NCBI GenBank assembly: GCA_041659325.1
Contig: JBAZYN010000002.1
Location: 270,082-334,081 of the forward strand
Source: Candidatus Shapirobacteria bacterium
GTDB taxonomy: Bacteria; Patescibacteriota; Microgenomatia; UBA12405
Direction: 5' to 3'
Length of the DNA: 64,000 nt
This document shows positions 58,051-64,000 of the stretch, one piece after another; positions within the stretch are counted from its first letter, which is position 1, and each line of letters opens with the position of its first letter. Below the pieces are notes generated by a model that was given only the letters and a program-made list of their open reading frames with translations, was not told the DNA's origin and ran no database searches. A program made the translations under genes and the position numbers.

Positions 58051-58725
58051 CTACTTCCACCAGATGGTGGCTTCGCCGAAGGTCAGGCCCGAGCTGTAGG
58101 GTTTCTCGCCCTTGTCAACGGTCGGTTGCTCACCGGCGATCGAGGTCCAGGCGGCTTCGCCGTCCCACAAGTTCACGTTACCCGCGGTAAAGACACCAAG
58201 GGGGAACTTGAACTTTTCGCTTTCGTCGCGCGCCGCGAGCACTTTCCAGGCGGGCTGGACGGTGGCGTTGTCGGCCGGGTTCGTCTGGAGACGCTGGACG
58301 CGGTTCACGGGAATGCCGAGCTTGTCGGCGATGTCGCCAGCCGTATTCCCTTGCGGGTCCTTGCCATCCCAGATGGGATTGGCTTGGGCCGGAGCGGCGG
58401 TCGGAGCGACGGGCACAGCGGTCGGAGCGGCGGCGGGCACGGTCGTGGGCTCGGCGAGGGCCGGAGCGGCGGTAGGTGCGACGGGCACGGGTGTCGCGGG
58501 TACGACGGGGGCCGTGTAGCACGGGTAAGTCGCGCCGTCAACCGTCACAGAGTCCGGAGCCGGGTTACGATCGCACGAGATGGCGACCTTTTGCGCCAGT
58601 GTCAAAGCCGGGGCCGGGGGGGTCCTGAACCAAATGGCCCACACCGCTACACCAATGAGAACGACGATCAACGCATAGACCCAGAACGGCAGACGGTTTC
58701 GATACACCAAGGGACTTGCGGTCAT
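58051..58725 (-). CDS. GC-rich membrane-anchored protein with Pro/Ala/Thr linker
   Basis: AAGGAGG 6 nt before ATG 58725; TM helix; Cys pair; PTAAPA repeats; C/G-ending codons. Confidence 0.85.
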   Translation of the reverse strand: MTASPLVYRNRLPFWVYALIVVLIGVAVWAIWFRTPPAPALTLAQKVAISCDRNPAPDSVTVDGATYPCYTAPVVPATPVPVAPTAAPALAEPTTVPAAAPTAVPVAPTAAPAQANPIWDGKDPQGNTAGDIADKLGIPVNRVQRLQTNPADNATVQPAWKVLAARDESEKFKFPLGVFTAGNVNLWDGEAAWTSIAGEQPTVDKGEKPYSSGLTFGEATIWWK

Positions 58726-59160
58726 TTTTTGCCTCCTTAAGGCAGAACAATATAGCCCGACCCACTTTGTGAGTTGGCTCTGAACATTACTTTTGGATTG
58801 GGATTCTCCCAATAAGATGTATTCACTACACTAGTGATACCGTGCTGGATACAAATCAATTACGAATTACGAATTATTAATTACGAATTACAAAAGCCAC
58901 GAAGGTTGATTTTGATTTGATATCCAAAACGGTATCACCAGAGTGATGCCCAAGGAGAACAAAAAAGATTTTGAGAGATATGAAGAAATTAGGTTTTTAA
59001 AGAACAAATTGGCGAAATCTTGATCTACGCTTTGTAGATGTTGATAACTGCCAAAGGAGAATTGGGGGGTACAAAGTCGGGTTGCCCCGTCATACTCCCC
59101 ATCTCTCCTTTAACAATTATTGTCTATTTTTAAATGTGCTTCAAATAAACTGCGTCTACG
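58726..59160 (-). ncRNA. candidate long structured 5' leader with two boxA-like motifs
   Basis: GCACATTTAAAAA (59127-59139), TGTTCTTTAAAAA (58994-59006); ~30-bp inverted repeat 58831-58859/58912-58941 around an AATTACG array; GGG-GCAA-CCC hairpin. Confidence 0.55.
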
Positions 59161-59166
59161 GCCTAT

Positions 59167-59195
59167 ATTATAACCTATAACTAATTTTATGTCAA
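59167..59195 (-). promoter_or_regulatory. perfect consensus sigma70 promoter
   Basis: TTGACA(59195-59190)-N17-TATAAT(59172-59167), overlapped by 12-bp inverted repeat taacctataact/agttataggtta. Confidence 0.85.
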
Positions 59196-59211
59196 GTTAT
59201 AGGTTAGTAGG

Positions 59212-59463
59212 TTATTTCCAGGTTGAGGCATAACCTTTGTCGGCCATACAGACAGCGTAGATTTGTTTTTGTGGAGCGATGCTTTTGATATTTTTTTCGA
59301 TGTCATTGAATTCATAGGTTCCTGAGCTTTTCAGACATTCGGAGACGGCATCATTTTTTAGCTGTTGTGCCTTGAGGGTGACAAAGGAAGTAAAGAACAG
59401 ATATAAACCGGCAAAGACAAGAACGGTTTTTAATATAGAAGATAATATTGTTTCTAATTTCAT
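59212..59463 (-). CDS. small membrane-anchored protein
   Basis: TM helix; AVSEC...YAVCMADKGY. Confidence 0.75.
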   Translation of the reverse strand: MKLETILSSILKTVLVFAGLYLFFTSFVTLKAQQLKNDAVSECLKSSGTYEFNDIEKNIKSIAPQKQIYAVCMADKGYASTWK

Positions 59464-59523
59464 GACCTATATTGTAATACGAGAATCCTATAATATCAAG
59501 GGGGGAAGTAAAAGATACATTTT

Positions 59524-59562
59524 TGTAATCAGTAATTGGTAATCAGTAACCTGTAATTTGTA
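59524..59562 (+). repeat. heptamer array (GTAAnnn)
   Basis: tgtaatcagtaattggtaatcagtaacctgtaatttgtaa. Confidence 0.8.
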
Positions 59563-59580
59563 AAAAGGTTATAGGGATAT

Positions 59581-59609
59581 AAAAACTCCCCGCATGAAGC
59601 GGGGAGTTT
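59581..59609 (-). terminator. intrinsic terminator
   Basis: aaactccccgc-atgaa-gcggggagttt. Confidence 0.8.
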
Positions 59610-59630
59610 CGGATTAAGAATATATGTGGC

Positions 59631-60230
59631 TTAGTAACCTCGGGCGAATCTACGACCAAATAGGGCAATCCCAATCAGGGATACACCGATTGTGGTACCC
59701 AAGACTAATTGGTTTGTACCGGTGGCAGGTAAACCGCCGTTGTCGGAGGATTTTTGAATTTCTTTGGTGCCGTTGTTGGTAAAGAAGTAGGTCCAATCTT
59801 TGCCTTCGGTACCGATTTCGGTTTTGGCATAGGCAGAGATTTCGCTTTTGGTAACGGCTTGGTTGACAAAAGGCTTGTCTTTGACGGTGACCGTAACGTA
59901 CTTGACAACCTCGCTGCCGGGATTAATTTCCGGAATGGTATAGGTGAGGGGATCGGAGGTGGTCAAAACCGAGGGAAGGGTTTGGGTTACTTTTGTTTGG
60001 GTTTGAGTACGGTTGCCCAAATTTTTGACCGTAATCTGAACCTGGAATTTATCACCCGGACCAAAAAGGACTTTGTCCTGTTCAAGGTTGTTTACCCAGA
60101 TAGAATCGGCAAAACCTTTGGCTTTTAGGTCGACTTCGATTTTGCGGTATTCTTCGTCGGCAAGAACTGGAGAAATGGAATTAAGAGAAAATAACAGAGC
60201 AAGAACAAAGGCGGCAATATTTTTCCTCAT
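59631..60230 (-). CDS. secreted Ig-like (DUF11-type) protein with LPxTG sorting signal
   Basis: Signal peptide; PGD..ITVKNLG..TQTLP; LPATG, TM helix and RRFAR tail. Confidence 0.8.
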   Translation of the reverse strand: MRKNIAAFVLALLFSLNSISPVLADEEYRKIEVDLKAKGFADSIWVNNLEQDKVLFGPGDKFQVQITVKNLGNRTQTQTKVTQTLPSVLTTSDPLTYTIPEINPGSEVVKYVTVTVKDKPFVNQAVTKSEISAYAKTEIGTEGKDWTYFFTNNGTKEIQKSSDNGGLPATGTNQLVLGTTIGVSLIGIALFGRRFARGY

Positions 60231-60304
60231 ATGTTTATTAAAATGATTAATAAATTATAATATGGGTTATTATATATCCAAAAAATGTGGTGTCAAATGA
60301 TAAA

Positions 60305-60441
60305 TCAATTACGAATTAAATCAAAATCCACCCCTAACCCCTCCTTTGAGTAAAGGAGGGGGCACTAGTTTTAAAGTCTCCCTTGTCAAAGGGAGAGGCG
60401 GCGAAGCCGAGAGGGATTTTGATTGGGACAAGATTGCCGCG
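60305..60441. repeat. composite repeat related to 38049-38233
   Basis: ttacgaattaaatcaaaatc..cccctcctttgagtaaaggagggg..tctcccttgtcaaagggaga..gattgccgcg. Confidence 0.75.
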
Positions 60442-60446
60442 TTACT

Positions 60447-61328
60447 TTAGAGGGATTTGAGGAAGGCGGAAAGGTCGTCTTTGTAGTCGGGGTGTTTTAG
60501 AGCCAGGACAATGTTGGCTTTGAGCCAGCGGAGAGGGTCGCCAGTGGTCATCCAGGTACCATTTTTGATCTCCTGGGCCATTACGACATCGGTTTGGGCA
60601 AGGGTATTGTTGGCATCGGTGAACCAAAGCTCATTTTCCCTAGACAGGCCTTGTTTGTCCAGAACCGGGAATATTTTGGCTCCGGAAACGACAAAGCGGC
60701 CGCCTTGGGCAAAGGTGCTGGGGGCCTGATCACCGGGAAGTTTTTCTAAAGCGGCGGAGACCCGCTGAGGGTACATAGGATCGTCGATAAATTTTATAGA
60801 GCCATAACGACCGATTTCTGCCCGGGAGACATATTGTCCGCCCAAAAGTGAGGCCGGTTGATATTTTTCAAAAATTTCGATGAGCTCTTTTAAATATTGG
60901 CCGGGAGTGGACTCGACGGTTAGATCATCACCGTACATATAGACGAAGGGGTCGGAGCCGATGAAATGGCGGCAAGCCAGAATGGGAGAGCCGGTGCCAT
61001 AGGGTAGACTCGGGTCTTGAAAAATAAAGCTAAGTTTGGCGGAGTTTCGGATTTGTTTTAAGCTATCTAGGTAATCGAGCTTGTTGGTGCCGGTGAGATA
61101 AAGGTCTAGCTCGGGGTCGGGAGAGAAATATTTTTCAATTGCTGTTTCGCCCTGGCGCTGAACAACCATGATGTTGGTGATACCGGCGCCGATGGCTTCT
61201 TCGACCAGAAGCTGGATGTTGGGCTTGGAAAGGAGGGGAATAAGCTCTTTGGGATAGGCCTTAACTACCGGTAAAAAACGAGTGCCCCGGCCGGCGGCGG
61301 CGATGATGGCTTTGGTGACTTTGGTCAT
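60447..61328 (-). CDS. galU: UTP--glucose-1-phosphate uridylyltransferase-like
   Basis: KAIIAAAGRGTRFLP..K..PKE, YGDD, EK, TGDP. Confidence 0.85.
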   Translation of the reverse strand: MTKVTKAIIAAAGRGTRFLPVVKAYPKELIPLLSKPNIQLLVEEAIGAGITNIMVVQRQGETAIEKYFSPDPELDLYLTGTNKLDYLDSLKQIRNSAKLSFIFQDPSLPYGTGSPILACRHFIGSDPFVYMYGDDLTVESTPGQYLKELIEIFEKYQPASLLGGQYVSRAEIGRYGSIKFIDDPMYPQRVSAALEKLPGDQAPSTFAQGGRFVVSGAKIFPVLDKQGLSRENELWFTDANNTLAQTDVVMAQEIKNGTWMTTGDPLRWLKANIVLALKHPDYKDDLSAFLKSL

Positions 61329-61343
61329 AGTGGGGGTAAAGTT

Positions 61344-62225
61344 TTAAAGTGATTTTTTCATAAATTCTATTAGGCTATCTTTGAATTCCGGGTGCTTTAG
61401 GGCCATGGTGATATTGGCCTTGAGCCAACGAAGAGGATCACCGGTGGTCATCCAAACACCGTGCGGCAGCTCCTGGGTTAAAACAACATCATTTTTGGCC
61501 AGATAATTGTTGGCATCGGCTAACCAGAGCTCTCCCTTGGAGGTTTTGGTGTTTTGCAAAGTTTCAATGTATTTTGCCGACAGAACAAAACGTCCACCGA
61601 CACCAAAAAGTGACGGGGCTTCTGAAGCCGGGAGTTTTTCGAAAATGGCAGAGGCACGATGGGGATATTTGGGGTCGGGAGTATATTTTACGCTCCCGTA
61701 GCGGACAATTTCGGGGGCGGGAACTTCTTCGACGGCAGCGACCGCAGCAGGCTGGTATTGTTCGTAGGTGGCAATCATTTGAGAAAGAAAAGTGCCGGGA
61801 GTGTCTTCGATGTGAAGGTCGTCGGCGAATAAATAGACAAAAGGATCGGTGCCAATAAAATCTTTGGCAACCAGAATCGGGACACCGTTGCCGTAGGGAA
61901 AATCTTTGGTTTGAGGTAGGAACTGGATTGAATTGAACTTGGAAACAAGCTCATGCCATGAAGCCATAGCGGCAACTTTTCCGGTTTCCTGAAGATATGC
62001 TTCAAGCTCCAGATCGGGAGTGAAATATTTTTTGAGGCTGTCTTCGCCCTCACGGTGGACAATACAAATATCGGTAATGCCGGCGCCGGCTAGTTCTTCG
62101 AGAATATAGTGGATCTGGGGTTTGTCCAAAATAGGGACCATTTGTTTGGCAAAGGTTTTGACGGCGGGAAGGAAACGGGTAGACCAACCTCCGCAGGCGA
62201 GAACGGCTTTGGTGATTTTTGACAT
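61344..62225 (-). CDS. second, divergent GalU-like nucleotidyltransferase
   Basis: KAVLACGGWSTRFLP..K..AKQ; shares WMTTGDPLRWLKANI with its neighbour; start MSKITK. Confidence 0.85.
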   Translation of the reverse strand: MSKITKAVLACGGWSTRFLPAVKTFAKQMVPILDKPQIHYILEELAGAGITDICIVHREGEDSLKKYFTPDLELEAYLQETGKVAAMASWHELVSKFNSIQFLPQTKDFPYGNGVPILVAKDFIGTDPFVYLFADDLHIEDTPGTFLSQMIATYEQYQPAAVAAVEEVPAPEIVRYGSVKYTPDPKYPHRASAIFEKLPASEAPSLFGVGGRFVLSAKYIETLQNTKTSKGELWLADANNYLAKNDVVLTQELPHGVWMTTGDPLRWLKANITMALKHPEFKDSLIEFMKKSL

Positions 62226-62353
62226 GTTTTTTTGGAATAAATTAATATGGGAGCAGAAACAAAGGGATGCTTTTTGTGGACTACCTGAGCATACCATAAA
62301 AATTTTTGATAAAACTACAAGAGTATTGTGGGTAGAAATGCTATATTTAATAA

Positions 62354-63268
62354 GTGGCGTTTAAAAATGCTTTTGTCTTGTTATTGGGTTTTATTGTAGT
62401 ATCGGTATTGGTTGATTGGTACATCATAAATTTCCCGGCCGACAGGGTAGATAAATTTTTTTCGGAGCTGCCGGGGCTGATTGAGGATGGTTTTTTGAAT
62501 ACAGTGGCCGATGATACGGTAATCGAGATGAAGGCGGGCAAACTTAGGATTAATAGGGAAAATCCGTATTGCCTGATTATTAATAATAAAACCAGAGACG
62601 GGATTGTTTTTGATTCGGAAGCATTGAGGGAAGTGATTGCTTCGGGAGGTGGCGGGAAATATGATGAATTGTGTCACCCGGTGGTATTTGCCGGGAAAAA
62701 CTATATATCGTATCTTGGCCAGGACGGGGAATATGTTTTGGAACAGCCCTCCGAGATGCTAAATTTTAGTTTGTCAAAGAATAAGCTTGGGAGCATGATT
62801 TCTACCTATTTGCCCCAGATAATTGCCGGAGGGAAGACGGTTTACTTGGTACTTCCGTGGGTGATGATTCCCGGATATGTGATATTTTTGATGTTAAAGG
62901 TTTATTGGTATGTTTTTGTGGTTAGAATGGCACTTAAGGTTTACAAGGTGAGAGGAAATTTTAATTCAAAGGAGCTTTATCCGATGGTGATGTTTGTGGC
63001 GGCGGTGTGGTATTGGGTGAAGTGGTTAATAATTCAGGTGGTGATGAATTATGTGGGGGGGCAGAGAATCAACACAAATATTTTGTTTTTTAATACGATT
63101 TTGATTACGGTGGGATCGATATTTTTTGTGCAAAATTTTAGCTTGGGGAGAGGAGAGACTATAATTTCTATGCCCGATAAGGAAAAGCGGAAGACCGGGG
63201 AATCCGGGGGCGAAGTCAGAGTAGAAAGAAAATTAAGGCAGGCAGTTAAGGAGATACCTTTGGAGTAG
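62354..63268 (+). CDS. membrane protein (DUF1189-like topology)
   Basis: N-terminal TM, soluble loop, three C-terminal TM helices. Confidence 0.65.
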   Translation: MAFKNAFVLLLGFIVVSVLVDWYIINFPADRVDKFFSELPGLIEDGFLNTVADDTVIEMKAGKLRINRENPYCLIINNKTRDGIVFDSEALREVIASGGGGKYDELCHPVVFAGKNYISYLGQDGEYVLEQPSEMLNFSLSKNKLGSMISTYLPQIIAGGKTVYLVLPWVMIPGYVIFLMLKVYWYVFVVRMALKVYKVRGNFNSKELYPMVMFVAAVWYWVKWLIIQVVMNYVGGQRINTNILFFNTILITVGSIFFVQNFSLGRGETIISMPDKEKRKTGESGGEVRVERKLRQAVKEIPLE

Positions 63269-63277
63269 AATGGGAAT

Positions 63278-64000
63278 ATGCCAAAGAAATTAGGAGTAGT
63301 GTTGGCCGTAATGGTTGTTTTTGTAATGGGCGGTGTTTTGGGGTATTTTTATAACCAGAGGATAGTCTCAAAGTCTGAAAGTCTTGGAGTCTCAAAGCCT
63401 GAAAGTGATAAATATGTTTTGTTTGTGGACGAAGTGTTTGCGGTGATAAAGGAAAACTATTGGAACGTACTGACTGAGGAGCAACTGGCGAAAGTGTTTG
63501 CCCTGGCCACCGAAAAAATTACCAGTCAGCCGGTGGGAGGAAAGATCGAGAGCCGGGCGGCGGTGACGAAAGTGACCCAAGAGGTGTTGAAGAACTACGA
63601 TACCGAAGACAAAAAGAAACAGTTTTGCGGAACCTTGGCGGATATGGTGTTGTCGAACCTGGAACCATTTGGAAGGAGCCGACTATATACAATCAAGGAG
63701 GAGAAGGCGCTGAGCGACAATGTAAACAACAAAAATCCGGCAGTTGATAGATACGAGGAATTAGGGGTAGGTAAGGAGGCAAGCGAGGCGGCGATAGCGG
63801 AGGCGTTTAAAAAGAAACCGGAGGCCCAAAAGGCCTATGAGGTTTTGTCTGATCCGGAGGCAAAAAAAGTATACGATGTATCGGGGGCGGAGCCGACAAT
63901 TGAATATAAGCTGTTGAGCCCCAAGGTGTTTTATATGCACATTACCAAGTTTTCGCCGTTAACTTTTGATGAATTAAAACGAGTGACGGAGAAGGCTGAC
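63278..64000 (+). CDS. S41/CtpA-like protease with J-domain-like insert (partial, runs off window end)
   Basis: Manual translation: TM helix, EVFAVIKENYW, DRYEELGV...AYEVLSDPEAKKVYD, YMHITKFS. Confidence 0.65.
   Translation, partial: MPKKLGVVLAVMVVFVMGGVLGYFYNQRIVSKSESLGVSKPESDKYVLFVDEVFAVIKENYWNVLTEEQLAKVFALATEKITSQPVGGKIESRAAVTKVTQEVLKNYDTEDKKKQFCGTLADMVLSNLEPFGRSRLYTIKEEKALSDNVNNKNPAVDRYEELGVGKEASEAAIAEAFKKKPEAQKAYEVLSDPEAKKVYDVSGAEPTIEYKLLSPKVFYMHITKFSPLTFDELKRVTEKAD

Noticed and set aside
58006-58765. Several long overlapping ORFs around the GC-rich gene
   Set aside because: Expected from high GC and stop-poor frames; only 58051-58725 (minus) has an SD, a TM helix and codon bias
57870-59160. 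Integrated Obelisk, viroid-like RNA or retrozyme
   Set aside because: Only one ribozyme, no terminal direct repeats, no evident whole-length rod fold, and the protein looks membrane-anchored; left open only as a circularity test
7607-63405. CRISPR array
   Set aside because: Repeats are 6-7-nt tandem units without spacers, and no cas genes are present

Overview
Bacterial chromosome segment, genetic code 11. Gene content and style point to Patescibacteria/CPR, probably Microgenomates (inference): reduced metabolism, many small orphan ORFs, and leaderless genes with a TAnnnT box 5-7 nt before the start codon. Housekeeping content: mreB-like, murB, ruvCAB, pyrG, secE-nusG-rplK-rplA and rplJ-rplL (with an L10 leader), ddl/murF-like/alr, nrdR-nrdJ-PduO, a thyA-folA-deaminase-dcd-tmk-glyA cluster, a glycosylation operon and two galU-like genes. 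No rRNA, tRNA or CRISPR array was seen. Main observations: (1) a canonical type III hammerhead ribozyme (57870-57925, minus) ending a unit made of a perfect TTGACA-17-TATAAT promoter, a ~435-nt structured leader with boxA-like motifs and a GC-rich SD-led gene; (2) the ThyA has Asp instead of the uracil-specifying Asn (RSNDxxxGxPHD), suggesting a dCMP methylase and a possible dCMP -> 5m-dCMP -> dTMP route; (3) a four-helix-bundle (Avd-like) gene flanked by inverted heptamer arrays, with the same arrays scattered in-frame in many genes; (4) stacked accessory cassettes bracketed by synonymously diverged copies of the flanking genes' 3' ends; (5) a class II cobalamin riboswitch-like element upstream of an unknown gene. 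All calls are by eye; no database search or folding program was run.
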